Of a stretch of 64,000 nt of DNA, positions 1 through 12,909 are shown piece by piece (positions within the stretch are counted from its first letter, which is position 1; each line of letters begins with the position of its first letter). The notes beneath the pieces are model-generated. The model was not told the origin of the DNA, ran no database searches, and worked only from the letters and a program-made list of their open reading frames with translations. The stretch is taken from NCBI GenBank assembly GCA_013265495.1, contig MU058781.1, forward strand, positions 1,592,963-1,656,962, written 5' to 3'. This DNA is from Vicugna vicugna. Its lineage: Eukaryota. Position numbers and translations under genes: made by a program.

Positions 1-420
1 CAGGCCTCGCCCAGCTCAAGCCCCTGGCAACCCCAGACTCCAACTCTGGGCGTCCAGCTTCTGGCCTGGCTGGCTCAGAGCTGGGATTAGTGCGAGTAAC
101 CCTGACCCATGCCCTTCTTGCATGACATACGTTCAGCTACTCCCAGCCCCTGGGATGCGCAAATTCTGGGCTTCCCGCTGCAAGCTCCTCCCAAAGCCCC
201 GCCCCTGGCGTTGAGAGCGCGCGAGGACTCTAGCCCCGCGCCTGACGCAGAGAGCTCGCCGGGACTCTGTCCCTGGACCCTCCCCGCCCCGCCCCGACCC
301 CTGGCGCGGAGAGCGGGCGGTGACGCTCTAGCCCTGCCCCACGGCTCGCCCCGCCCCCAGGACTCAGAGAAAGCGCCGCGATATTTCCGGCGGGACTGAG
401 ACTCCCGCCCCCACGGCTTG
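1..420 (+). promoter_or_regulatory. TMEM14C: CpG island / promoter and probable non-coding first exon of TMEM14C (exon boundaries not resolved; may begin before the window)
   Basis: High GC and CpG density with CCCCGCCC GC boxes (~281-295, ~349-358), about 1.1-1.5 kb upstream of the ATG exon. Confidence 0.7.
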
Positions 421-1554
421 TGTGCTCTCCTTGGCCTGTGCAGACTTTCTAGAAGGAGGTTGGTGTGCTTGGGACTTGTTTTTATTTTACACCTGTTTTG
501 ACTTTTAGCTGTTATATGAGAGGCTTCGTGGCGGCCTGCTCTTTGTTCCTCTGACCCAGGCGGGGGTTGTGGGCTGCGTGGTAGGTGCCTTTCTCTAGGC
601 GCTCCTTTTCTGCTTTCCTGAGAGGGGGTTGTGCGCCCTGCGGAAACCCTGAGCTCTCGAGGCAAATGCTTAGCGGTGAAGCGGAGACTTGATTCGTTTC
701 CTGGAGATTTTTATTGCTGCATCTATCTCCTTAAGAGTCCCGGTGACTCAATGCTATGTTGAATTAATGACTGTGGTACGGTCCCAAGCCTCCCCCCGCT
801 TTTTATAGACACATAGTAACTGAAACAGAAGCAGCATGTATGGCTTTCAAGCTTAGCGTCGTTATACCAAATGCATTTCTTGAAGAAACCAGGAGTTTTA
901 TGCTACTTTGCCAAGGGTGTCGTGTTCCACATAATTATAACTTGGGCTTTCGTATATTTTATCCTCCCTCCTCGCCCCTAGTCAAACAATAACTGAATGA
1001 TGCAAAATTAAATAGTTGTCTTCAAGTTTTACAGATGTCGAATATTGAAATAATACTTTGGGCAGGGGCGAAGAGCAGCACCCCTCCCCCCTAGAAAGGG
1101 CAATTCAAATACTTGAATTAAGGGAACAGGAGGTATTTACTTTCCGATTTAGTTATAACTTGGTTAGGTGATGAGAAGGTTAGCTGGTTAACTATAGAGA
1201 ACTGGTCAGTGAAGTTTCCTGTGGGTCTGTTATATAAGAATTGAGGTTATTACCAAAATGGTTGATATTTGTTCAGCAGTTTGTGCAGAACAGTTTTATA
1301 TATTATCCCATTCAGTGCCCACAGCAGTCCTAGGACGCTTGTATCGTTGTCACCCTCGTGGTAGGTACAGGGAAGGGAACTAAAGCTAGAGAGCTTGTCC
1401 TTTACTTCTTAGCTCCCAAGGGGTGGAGCTGGAACTTGGACCCACTTTTCTCTGATTGCTAGAGAGCTCTGCTGTTCACCACCTCTGATCCAGCCTGTCT
1501 TCCACAGGTGCAGGCCTGGTGCAACCTTCTGTCTGGACAGAGTGAAAGGGCACA

Positions 1555-1577
1555 ATGCAGAAGGACTCTGGCTCACT
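1555..1577 (+). CDS. TMEM14C: TMEM14C coding exon 1 (exon starts at 1508 with 5'UTR): MQKDSGS(L)
   Basis: Acceptor ccacag|1508, ATG at 1555 in context acaATGC, donor CT|gtaagt; frame continues into the next exon. Confidence 0.93.
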
Positions 1578-1914
1578 GTAAGTGCACACCCAGTGAATGG
1601 GGGTGGAACAGCCTGAGCTTCTGAAAACCGGAGTTCCTTTTCTCATCTGACAAGGGCGCTGAGTCAGGGCTGCCGGGCAGCTTGGGATGTGGGAGGATGC
1701 ACATGTAGGCTGGGGACCTGGGTTTGAGTCCCAGCTCTGCCACTGACTCTAGGCCAGTCATCTAACCTCTCTGGGATTTATATGCGTTTGTACGGTGATA
1801 GGCTTTTTCTGGGATGATGACCTTTTAGATCCCATCCTATGGTTATGTGTTCTATCTCTTTCTCTCTTTATTTTTTTCATGGTTGGCACTGATTTCCTAG
1901 TGTTTTGTTTTCAG

Positions 1915-1991
1915 AGTGCCTTTACACTGGATTGGCTTTGGCTATGCAGCACTGGTTGCTTCCGGTGGGATCATTGGCTATGCAAAAGCAG
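1915..1991 (+). CDS. TMEM14C: TMEM14C coding exon 2: [25 protein letters not shown](G)
   Basis: ttttcag| acceptor, G|gtatgg donor, 77 nt; TMEM14-family first TM helix. Confidence 0.97.
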
Positions 1992-2425
1992 GTATGGTCT
2001 GTAGTTACTTAACCTCTTAAAATCTTGTTCCTGGTGAAGAGTGAGTCCCCAGGGTCCCCAGACTGCAGTCTTGTTGGGGTCCAGTGTGCTTTAGGCCCTC
2101 TAGCTTGAGTGCAGGCTTATTATCTGTCCTGTAGCTCCGTTTAGTTATCAGGCTGAGCTAAACCAGGCTTCTGGTCCAATTGCTTGTTTTTGCCTCTTTA
2201 TCTAAAGATGCTGGGCAGGGGTAGTAGTAGGTTGTTATTATCATCACCTGCCATACCTCAGCATCGACCCCAGAGCGCCTTCTCTGCTCTTCCAGGAAGA
2301 GCAGGAAACTTCTAGTCCTCACATAAGCAGTTCCGAAGTCTCCACATTAAACCAGTCACGGGTGTGTCAGTGAACATGCCTGTTCCCACCCCAGCACACG
2401 CACCAGAATTCCTGCTCTCCAAATC

Positions 2426-2520
2426 TTTTTTTTTTTTTTTTTGATGGAGGTGCTGGGGATTGAAACCAGGACCTCCTGCATCCTGAGCACACACTCTGCT
2501 ACTGAGCTATACCCACCCAC
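2426..2520 (-). mobile_element. tRNA-derived SINE (Vic-1/camelid type) with TSD
   Basis: Minus strand reads ...TATAGCTCAGTAGCAGAG...GTCCTGGTTTCAATCCCCAG + poly(A) (A/B boxes); TSD ctccaaatc at 2417-2425 and 2521-2529. Confidence 0.85.
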
Positions 2521-2868
2521 CTCCAAATCATTTTTTAATTCATTATTTCCCTTTCCTTTGGGGATGTGCCTGAGGTCCTGCCTGCAGGCAGTTCCTGTCC
2601 TTGCTAGGTTAAGCAGGCTCAGCGGGGAGCCCTTCTTTTCTCCTTTGGTGGAAGTTCCCTGCTTGTTAGAGGAAAGAGGAATGGTGCGGTATGACCCTGA
2701 CCTCTCTGGTAAACTAGCAGCCTCCCCCGAACGTTTTCCTGCTTGAGGCGAACCGTGCTGAGGGTTCTCTGTGCCATTTTCCTCTGTAGGGAAGGGAGGT
2801 CTGGTGGAGTCTGTCAGTGAAATGAGTGTCTGACATTGACATACTGGCGTGTGTTTGCTCCCCTCCAG

Positions 2869-2970
2869 GTAGTGTCCCGTCCCTGGCTGCTGGGCTCTTC
2901 TTCGGTGGTTTAGCAGGCCTGGGTGCCTATCAGCTGTCTCAGGATCCAAGGAACATTTGGGTTTTCTTAG
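2869..2970 (+). CDS. TMEM14C: TMEM14C coding exon 3: [33 protein letters not shown]
   Basis: ctccag| acceptor, G|gtatgt donor, 102 nt; lies inside track ORF 2826..3068; GSxxSLxAG family motif. Confidence 0.97.
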
Positions 2971-3699
2971 GTATGTCGGTTTCACTGTCTCCTGGATGCA
3001 ACTGTGTATCCAGAATACTCTCCCCAAAGGTCCTGGATTGGTGGAATGTGGCAGGTTCTTCACATTAAGACAGTTTTAGCGCTTCTGCCAAGTCTTAGGG
3101 AGGTTTTAAAATTGGTGGTGGGGGGAGTGAGGTTTGTGCAGTTTCTGCTTATCTTTTATGTATGGAACATGGAAAGGTTTTCATACATCGTGAGTTTAGA
3201 TTCAGCCAGCAAAGTTAGTGTTACACTTGGATAAGGCAAGCACAGGTCTCTTAACCCTTGTGCTTGACCACTGCAGACGTCTGCTTGAGCAGCACTAAGG
3301 GATCATGTGTCTGGATTGGATTTGCATCAATATTAGCCCTTTAGATGTGAACGAAACGTAGAAGATGTAGGCCTTTGCCTTCCCTGGGGACATACCCTGC
3401 GGTGTCCCGTGAGCCGCGCGGACAGTGAGGAGTGCAGGAAGGGACGATACTTCTTATCAGGGTGGCCTTTGGTGCATTTTTGCTGTACTCCACCCGAGTG
3501 TCAGACACTCTGCTGGGAGTGTGGGCCCCTCACTGTCTTCACAAAGCTATGGGATGAGAAGACAGGCAGCTCTGCCCTCCCAGGTGCTGGGGGGACCGGG
3601 GCTGTCAGCCGGGGGTGGGGGCTGGGAAGGAGGAGGCGCCCAGCTCCAGGCTCTGCCCAGCAGCTCCTTCATGCCAGCTCCGATGACTCTCATCCCACT

Positions 3700-5310
3700 A
3701 TGTTCCCATTTCTGATCCGCTCCTCCACTCCTGCGTGTGACCCCACCTACATAAAAAACAGCCATCAGGTAGGACTCCCTCGTGCTGTCACCCTCCAAGC
3801 CTCCGCTGTCCTGCTCTCTCCTCTCCAAGGCCAGTCACTCCACCCAGGCTTTGGGCTCTTCACCTTTTCCAGAGCTTCACACTGTCAGTGATGCTGGCTC
3901 TTACTCGGATGCTGCCTTTCGGGTGGATCTCACCCACTGATGCTCAGATGATGCCCATTTCTCACCCATTTAAAAAAAGAAGGACCACTCGTGACCCCAC
4001 TTCCTTCTCCAGTTACTGCCCTTCTTCCTCTTCAGAAACTTCTCCTAAAAAATCCGTCATGCTCCCCTTCCTCACTTCCTCATCTCTCACATTCTCAACC
4101 CACTCCAGCCTCCACTTCTGTCCCCCTAGTCCATGGAAATAGCTCTCCCTGAGGCTCCCAGGAACCTGTATTTTTCAAAATTCAGTGTACGTTTTTTAGT
4201 CCTCATTTTATTTGGCCTTTTAGCTGTTCTCAACACAGTGCACCAGTCCATTTTCCCTTCTCGTGGTTTTCCTTTTTTTTCCTCATTCTCTTTTGTTGAT
4301 TTTTTCGACCCAGTTTCCTTTTTAGCCATTCAATATTGAAGTTCTTAAGGCCTGACCTTTTTATCTTTATACTCTCTCACTTGGCAATATCGTTGAAACC
4401 CAAGCCTTAAGTTACCACTGATACACAGATGACTCACAAATTTCTCTCTCCTCCAAGCTTTACTCTTATATATGTAGCTGCCTGCTTGAAATCTTTCAGA
4501 TGTCAAGGCATCTGCCCGAACCCAGCTTCATGTCCGTACACACGTTCAGCCTTCTGGTGTTCTCCCTCCGTTTGGGTCTCTGTTGCTCCCTTCCCCTCCA
4601 TCTTCACATCTCATTCATCAACAAGTCCTGTCAACACTACCTACCTCCAGCGCCTGGCCCAGCTTGTCCACCTCTGCCTGCAGGGCCACCGCCCACTTCC
4701 CAGTTAGCCCTCCCTCTTGCCTGCCTTCCTGAGGAAGCGTCTTAGTTGGTATCCCTGCATCTCCGCTGGTTTCCCTGCCGTGTGTTCTCCGTGGTACAGC
4801 TGCAGTTCTATCAGAATGCAGCTCTGTTCATGTGGTATCTTCCAGTGGCTTCGCATGCTCTTAGGGTGAAGACCACAAGGCTTCCTGCAGCCCTCCGGGT
4901 TCTGTATGGCGTGGCCCTCTTCCTCGCTCGCCCTCTCTTGACTTCCATGCTACACCAGCCTTTTAGTCCCCTCTCACCACAAGGCCCTGTGTATGTCATT
5001 CCCTCTGCTTAGAATGTGCTTTTTCCCCCTCGAGCTCATCAGCTGAGAGTCTTCAGATCTCTGTTAAATCTTCACTTTCTCAGCAAATCCTTCTCCCTGA
5101 ATTGGCTGGATCCCTTATTTATTGTTATTTGTATTGCGTTAATTCTCCTTGTAGCACAAATTTTACTTTAAAATTTTTATTTGTGTGATTCTTTCAAGTC
5201 CGTCCCATCCAACTTGAAAGACTGTTAGGGCAGAGGTCTTTTTTGATCATGATTGCATTCTGCAGCTGCGCAGTGCTTGGCAGGTGGCAGGTATTTGAAT
5301 AGACGTTGAG
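3700..5310 (+). mobile_element. Degraded L2 LINE fragments
   Basis: Pyrimidine-rich L2-like text ending in an L2 3'-like cagtgcttggcaggtggcaggtatttgaatagacgttgagtg; boundaries approximate. Confidence 0.55.
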
Positions 5311-5649
5311 TGGGAAGAGCTTAGGAGCATACAGGGTAAGTAGCATCGGTCAGGAGGAGGGAAGCACCCTGCAGCAAGTCTGAAGAAAACTGAGAAATGT
5401 ACGGCTGAAGAATAGTAGGAAGTGAGAGTGGAAAGGCAGGCTGGGCTGGCACACCAGCAGCCTTTATTCCAGTATTGTACTTGGTCCCGGTGACTGTGGG
5501 TGGCCATGAAGCGCCCCCCCACTAGGGGAGGAGGAGGTATGAGATGGCGTCTGGCCCTTGAAAGGCAGACAGGTAGGGGGCTTGATCAGATTTTAGGCCT
5601 CCCGTGTCTAAGATGTAATGATCTTTGGCTCTTTTCATCTCTCCATCAG

Positions 5650-5737
5650 CTACGTCTGGAACCTTGGCTGGCATCATGGGAATGAGATTCTACCACTCTG
5701 GAAAATTTATGCCTGCAGGCTTAATTGCAGGTGCCAG
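5650..5737 (+). CDS. TMEM14C: TMEM14C coding exon 4: [29 protein letters not shown](S)
   Basis: ccatcag| acceptor, AG|gtactc donor, 88 nt; [12 protein letters not shown] family motif. Confidence 0.97.
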
Positions 5738-6354
5738 GTACTCTGCTCCATTGCTAGTTCTGGTTTAATGCCCAGAATACTTTGTACATTTACCTGTTTC
5801 AATATACCCAGTGCTGAGCTTCAGCAGAAGCGACCCAGTTTATACTCAAATAGAAACAGTTGCAGAAACAGCCAGTTTAATGTCACAGTGGAACAGGTGC
5901 ATCCATTCACTCTGGAAATGGTTTTGCTTTGGAGGAGATTCCTTACCCAGCTTTGATCGTGGCGATGATGCTGTCAGGCATAACGTATTATGGTCAGCGT
6001 AGACCACGGCCAAGAGCAGTCGACTGGGAGGTTGGAGACCGAACCTTAACCAGCTCTGGGAAGGTGGGGAGGCCTTGGTCCCTCCAGTGCTGGTTTCTCA
6101 TCTTTGAATTGTTAGTAGTTAGATTAGGAACTGCACCTCACATACATGATTTTAAGGCCGCAGTGCAGGTCTGCCCCTCTGCACGTCCTTCCTTCGGTAC
6201 CTCCGGGGGTGGAAGTGCGTCGGTGCTTGCTCTGCCTTGGCACCTCCTCACCGTGTTGTTGGGAGGGACCTGCTGAGTCCTAGACTCTTAAAAAATAATA
6301 GCATGCCTGTGCTGTTCTTCACCTGATTTTTGTTTATGTGTTTCTTTTGAACAG

Positions 6355-6409
6355 TTTGCTGATGGTCGCCAAACTTGGAATTAGTGTGTTGGGTAAACCC
6401 CATCAGTAG
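6355..6409 (+). CDS. TMEM14C: TMEM14C last coding exon: LLMVAKLGISVLGKPHQ* (mitochondrial inner-membrane protein, erythroid haem synthesis)
   Basis: ttttgaacag| acceptor, TAG at 6407-6409 followed by a second TAG; spliced CDS 345 nt = 114 aa. Confidence 0.95.
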
Positions 6410-6841
6410 TAGTCATGGCCCAGCTTGGACCTGAAGAATGTTTAAACTTCCACTATTTTTAGAGTCTTAAGATAAATAAGTACAGCATTTTCACTTATTC
6501 TGACATTTTACTTAAACAAAAAAAATACTGAACTTTGCAGAGAAAAAAAATCAGTCATTATCGTTATGAAGCTAAGCGTTGGACAGAGGATAACACGAGA
6601 GCTGCTTGTCATTAGTACCTTCACACAGTTTGGTTCTTGTATGGTGGTGGTCTCTCTTCTTCCTGTGTCTGTGCATAAAGTCTCCGGGGGTAAAATGTTA
6701 GGTGTCACCATTGGGGCCCCTAAAACCTACTCAGAGGAACAGTATGAAAAACATCTCTTAATGAGATTTAGCACATTTGTTCTTTTGCTCATCTTAGGGC
6801 CACAGACCTACTTTGAAATTATGTTAAATGAAATCAATGAA

Positions 6842-6847
6842 AATAAA
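6842..6847 (+). terminator. TMEM14C: Probable TMEM14C polyadenylation signal AATAAA
   Basis: AATAAA ~430 nt after the stop with T/GT-rich sequence downstream; another AATAAA at 7711-7716 could be a distal site. Confidence 0.65.
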
Positions 6848-9453
6848 TTTTACTGTAAGTAATATTTTCTATGGTGTCTTCGTTGCCAGAGCTGTCTAGA
6901 ACATAGAATGAGATGTGAATAGCAAGAAGGGATAAGAACATGAAAGTGTTTCTGTTAACATTTTATTTAGGAATTACCCATTTTGAATAATTAAAAGACC
7001 AAGGGAAGTAAAGTTATTTACAGTTTGATTATACATGGCATTGAGGTTTGGATTTCTAAGATTAGGGCTGTATAACCAAAAAGAGAAAAAAAAGAAAAAA
7101 TGAAATTGTGGTTAATCTATAAATGCGAAACCTAAAAGGGCCTTTCTGGAGCTTGAATTACCTAGGTTGGTCTCTGCGTTGGACACATTAACTAGATACT
7201 GACACATTTTCACTTCACTTTGGTTTCTTTCAGCATTGAGAGTTAAGTCATTCTGGTACCACTTAACTTTAGTTTTCCTCTCTTTAAAGAAAAGGGGTAT
7301 TTGCTTCTTACCCTGACTGATACTGATTGGATATAGATGGTATGATTCAGATAGTTACTAATCAATTTTATATGTTTGCTTAAGCTTCTTTCAAAGAGTC
7401 CTAATTTTCTCGTTTTTGTTGTGTGTGACATGGTTTGACATGTCTGCCTGGGCCCATTCTTAAAACGGATGCCCAGAGCTCCACACAGACGGGGTGTGTC
7501 CAGGATACTGTATTCTAGACTCTGCATTTCTGTTAGTGTGGCCAGGATCAAAGTAAGATTCTTGGACAGCCCCATCACAGCAATGACTCATTAAGCTTTT
7601 GGTCTACTAAGACCCCCATTATTTTTCTCATATGCTGCTGTTAATAATAACTACTCATAGATAGGAAAGGGTTGGTGCTTGATGTCACATACTTGCAAGT
7701 ATTTTGATGAAATAAAAAATTGGTCGATAGTTCCTGACGTGGTCAGTAATTGCCTTTTATCACACAATTATACCTCATAGCTTAAGTAATAAAGACACAT
7801 CCATTCACTAACAGTTCATTGGTATTTGATATGATGAATCAGATTATTGTGGTCTTCTCAAACATTAGTCCTGTACAGTCTAAAGGAAGATGGACAAAGA
7901 AAATCAGTAGGCAGGATATTTTACTGTCCTTTTGATATTTTAAAAATTGATTTTTATGGAAATGCGTTGGGGAGGAAAGAAACAACTGGTTGTAGTTCTA
8001 GTGTTACCCAGGGCAGGACACCTGCAGGTAGGCTGGGTGTTCTCTGGAGCAATGAAGGGCTGTCTGTGTATGGTTTGTGTTCACAGAGCCTCATCTTTGG
8101 GCTTCTTTCTCCAAGCCTTGCTACTGTGTGAGGGCCAGCCAGAAGTGAACATCAGGTATGACTTGTTGCTCCCCAGATGTTTGAGTCATTATGATTCTGT
8201 GCACAGAGGCACAGAAAAAGATTGTTCTAAACAAAAAATAAATCATTCTCTTAATCAGAAAAACACATTTTGGATTCTAAGCTAGCCCTTCAGTGATTAT
8301 CATGATAGCTACTTAAAATATTAGTTAAATGTATTTAATAATTCTTGTCAGTATTTTCTGTCTTTTCCATTCAAACCCAGTCACACATTACACTTTTAAT
8401 TTTATTTAATTTTTTTTAGCTTTTAATTTTAAATTTTACTTGGGATTTTGATTATGATTGCTTTTGATTATAGATCAATTTAGGAGGAATTGGGAGCTTT
8501 AAAATATTTATTTTTCATTCCAGGACATTATATATCCCTTCCCCTTTTTTTTTTTTTTTGTCTTTAAACATTTTAGAGCTTTATTCATGTAGTTCTTTAC
8601 ATTTCTATTAAGATTACTGCAGAATATTTTATAGATTTATTATTAATATGAATGGAACTTTTTCATATATATTTTCTAATTAGGTATCAATCTGAATAGT
8701 GAATTTCTGATATTAATGTAAATACTTCTGTTGACTCACTTAAGTATATTACTTGCCTTAAGTTTTTGTCAGCTACCCTTTGTCTAGTGGTATGGGTTTA
8801 CGTTAAAGTTGGAAATAATAGGATAGTTGCTGTCATTGACAATTCAGCATTGTTCTAGAGATGCTAGACAAAGCAGTAAAACTAGAGAAATAAATGAGGT
8901 ATAAATTAATAGTGGAAAAGGAAATTGTCCATCTAGAAAATCCAAGACAAGCAACTAAAAACCTATTAGAACTAACGAGGAAATTCTACAAATAGTGAGA
9001 AACAAAAACCAATAGCTTCCTATCAACAGCTATGATCAGTTCTCTTCCATACCATTGCTAATACCCAAGTCCAAGTCTCACCATCTTTTAATCTAATAGG
9101 ACTCTTTTCATGCTTTGATCCAACAATTCATTCTCTACCCAGCAGGCAGAGGCACATTTCAGGTGTAGACTCCTAAGCTTAAAATTGTTCAGTCATCTCT
9201 TGCTGTATTTATATCCCTTCTTTAATCTCTGTAACATCCTGTTCTTTATCTTAATAGCATTCATCATAATTTGCACATGCATAGTTTTTTGTGTATTTAT
9301 TTAATGTCTGACTTCAGAGTAAATGTTTTTTGAGATCCAAGAAAATGACCTTTTTGTTAAACTATCATAAATACTACACTTAGTATGTAGTAGGCACATA
9401 GTAAATATTTGCCAACTAGATAGATTGATCAAATCTTTTCTTAAAAATAGACT

Positions 9454-9526
9454 TTAGCATGACTGGGACATTATGCTGTACACCAGAAATTGGCACAATG
9501 TATGTAACTGATTATACATCAATTTA
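9454..9526 (+). mobile_element. 5'-truncated young L1 3' end inserted into an older L1
   Basis: gactgggacattatgctgtacaccagaaattggcacaa...tacatcaatt + A-tail; imperfect TSD aaaaa(t/c)agact on both sides. Confidence 0.7.
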
Positions 9527-9529
9527 AAA

Positions 9530-11190
9530 AACAGACTGTTTTTTAAAACAATTTTGAGAAGATAATACAGTTTCCACATATCATACCTCCAGTTTCCCCT
9601 ATTAGTCACATCTTACATTAAGCATGATACGTTTATTACAACTGATGAACCAATATTGATACATTATCATTAACTAAAGACCGTAATTTATTCAGATTTT
9701 CATATTTTTAACTAATATCCTTTTTCCTATTCCAGGATCCTATCTGGGACACCATACTACATTTAATTGTCATGTCTCCTTAGGCCCCTCTTGGCCAAGA
9801 CTGTTAGACTTTCCTTGTGTTTGGTGACTGGGTTTTGAGGAGTACTGACTGATCAGGTGTTTTGTAGAATGTACTTTCATTGGAATTTGTCTTGGTTAGA
9901 CTGGAATTACGGATTTTTAGGAGGAAGACCACAGAAATGAAGTGTCATTTTCATCACATCATGTTAAGGTTACATATATGAATGTGATAAATTACTGTTG
10001 ACATTGACTCAGTCATCTGGCTGAGGTGGTGGTCCTCAGGTTTCTCTGTTGTGAAGCTACTCCTTTCTCCCCCTTTCCATACTGTACTCTTCGCAAGGAA
10101 GTCACTATGCGTATTTCACACTTAAGGAATGGGGAGCTGTGCTCTACCTCCTTGAGGGCAGAGTATCTACATAAATTATTTGGAATTCTGGTGCATGGAA
10201 GATGTCTCTTCTTCCCTGTGTGTCTTTCCATCCATCCACTCATTCAGTGTAGATTCATGTATATTTATTTTCTGGTTTATTGGATTATAATTTAAACTTT
10301 GCTGTAAATTTTTTTGCTCAAATTGTTGCAGTTTTGACCATTGGAAATTCTTTTAGTTGGCCCATGGTTACCTTTGACATAGGCAATCAGTGCAGGCTTT
10401 TTTTTTTTTTTCCTTGCTTGTTTTTTGTTTTTCTAGCACTTCCGCACTTTCTGGCACTTTGAGATGCTCCAGGCTTATCTTGTGTATTTCATCCCCAGTA
10501 CTGGAATCAGCCACTTCTCCAAGGAGCTCTGGTTTCTTTTGCTGGACAGTGATGTTGGAAACTGAGAGCAGGTGCTGGGTAATGCTTGTTGCTACTGGGA
10601 CATTATTTGATACTTTTATCTTAATTCTTTTTTGCTTTTTGAAGTTGTTATTCCTTTTTCTAGTTTCTTAAGCTAAATGCTCATTTAGTCTATCTTCAGT
10701 GTTCCTTGTTTGTTTCGTAAATGGAACAAGTGTATAATTTTTTTCTCTTGAGATTTGTTTTGACTGAGTTTCACAAGTTTTAATACGGAAGTCATTTCTA
10801 ACTTTTTTCCCTTTTGACTTGTGTTTATAGCAGTGTTCTTGAATTTTCAAGTGGATAGACTTTGGAGGCATGCTTTTTTCTACTTTTATTACACTGGAAA
10901 GAAGTAGCGGTTTACACATTTCTACATTTGAGAAATTGAGATTTTCTTTGTGGCCTAATATAAGGTCAGGTTTTTTGTGCATGTTACATGTATTATATTT
11001 TGCCTTATTGGTCAAAGTTTGATATGGTATATATATTGGATAAACTTTGTTTACTCTGTGACTGATACACTTATTCAAATAAGTGTATCTAGATCTGTTT
11101 TCTTAGAAAAACCTTCCACTCTGTGTTTGTATCAATTTCTTCTTGTACTTATGGTAAATCTTTACTTCATAAATATATGTTGTTTTAACA
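9530..11190 (-). mobile_element. Old L1 (L1M-type) 3' region fragments, antisense
   Basis: Typical L1M 3'UTR text (gaaccaatattgatacattatcattaactaaag...) and degraded ORF2-like stretches; boundaries approximate. Confidence 0.6.
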
Positions 11191-11244
11191 TTTGATTTTG
11201 AATATTTTCAAATCTAGAGAAAAGTTCCCCCCATATATATATGA

Positions 11245-12830
11245 ACACAGATGTAAAAATCCTCAACGAAATATTAGCAAATCAAATCCAACAATATACA
11301 GAGAATTACATAACATGATCAAGTGAAATTTAGGTATACAAAGCTGGTTGAGTATTCGAAAATCAATGTAATCCATCACATCAGCAGGCTTTAGAACAGA
11401 AATCATATGCTCAGTGCTCATTATCAAAAGGTGCAGAAAAAGCATTTGACAGGCTGTTAACACCCATTCATAATGAAAACTCAGCAAAATAGGAAGGTCC
11501 TTACCTTGATAAGGAACATCTACTAAAGAACCTACAGCTCACATCTTACTTAATGGAGAGGAATTAGGTGTTTTCCTGCCTAGATCAGGAACAAGGCAAG
11601 GATGTTCACTCCTACCACTTCTATTCAACACTGTACTGGTTTTACTAGCTAGTTCAGTAAGACAAAAAAAGGGAAGTAAAAGATACACTCCTTGGGAAGG
11701 AAGAAATAAAACTTTTTGTTTGCAGATGGCATGTTTGTCTATGTAGAAAATTTCAAAGAATCAACAGAGAATCTCCCGGATTTAATAAGCAATTATAACA
11801 AGAATTAGGCTACAACTCTAATATAGAAAAGTCATTTGTTTTCTTATATACAAACTGAGCAGTTCAGATTGACATTAAAAACTACAGTAGCACTAAAATG
11901 CACACTTAGGTATAAATCCAGCAAGTATGTATAAGATCTGCATGAGGAAAACGACAAAACACTGATGAAAGAAATCGAAGAAGATGTAAGTAGAGAGAGA
12001 GTCCTTGTACGTAGACGGAAGACTCAAAATTGCCAAGACGTCAGTTCTTCCCAACTTGATGTGTTATTCATTGCTTGATCGCTGCAGTCCTAATTAAACT
12101 CCCAGTTATCTTGTGGATATTGACTGATTCGAGAATTTATATGGAGCAGTAAAAGACTGAAAACAGCCAACACAAATTTGAAGGAGAGAAACAAATTTGG
12201 AGGGCTGACATTATGTGACTTCTGTAAAGCTGTAGTAATCAAGACAGTGTGGTACTGGTGAGAGCCAAAATATCCTTCAGTTGGTGAATGGATAAACTTT
12301 TGTACATATAGACAGTGCCATATTATTCAGTGATAAACAGAAATGAGTTATCAAGCCAAGAAAAGACAGGTGGGAACATTAAACATATATTACTAAGTGA
12401 AGGAAACCAATCTGAAAAGGCTACATACTATGTAACTCCAACCATAGGACTGTGGAAAAAGAAAAACTGCGGAGATAATAAAGGTAAGTGGTTGCTAGAA
12501 GTTTGCAGGGAGGGAGGGATGAATGGATAGAGCACAGGAGATTTTTAGGCCAGTGAAAACTATTTTGTATGGGACTATTGATGGACACGTGTCATTATAC
12601 ATGTCAAAACCCACTGAATCTACAACACGAAGCGTGAACCCTAATGTAACTATGGACTTCAGTTAATAATAATGTATCAATATTGGTTTATCAGTTACAA
12701 CAAATGTACTGCACTAATGTAGGATATTTATAATAGGGGAAATTGAGGAGGGGGAGATGAGGGAGTATATGGAAACTCTGTACTTTCCAATCAGATTTTC
12801 CATCAACCTAAAACTGCTTAAAAAAAAATT
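11245..12830 (+). mobile_element. Old L1: decayed ORF2 reverse-transcriptase region joined to 3'UTR and A-tail
   Basis: gatgtaaaaatcctcaacgaaatattagcaaatcaaatccaacaa encodes a DVKILNEILANQIQQ-like L1 RT motif; ggaacaaggcaaggatgt = GTRQGC motif; many frameshifts and stops; ends in an A-run at ~12820. Confidence 0.85.
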
Positions 12831-12909
12831 TGATTAACAACAAATAGGTCTCGGTATAAGTATAAAGTTTAAAAATGTAAAAGAAGACACACTAGTTAAC
12901 CATATTAAT

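Noticed and set aside
87..665. 192-aa and 96-aa ORFs at the window start
   Set aside because: Low-complexity Arg/Gly/Pro ORFs expected from stop-codon scarcity in a CpG island; no recognisable domain.
2356..3063. 235-aa minus-strand ORF, the longest in the track
   Set aside because: Runs antisense through TMEM14C exon 3 and through a SINE including its poly(A) (poly-Lys); no sign of a real gene.
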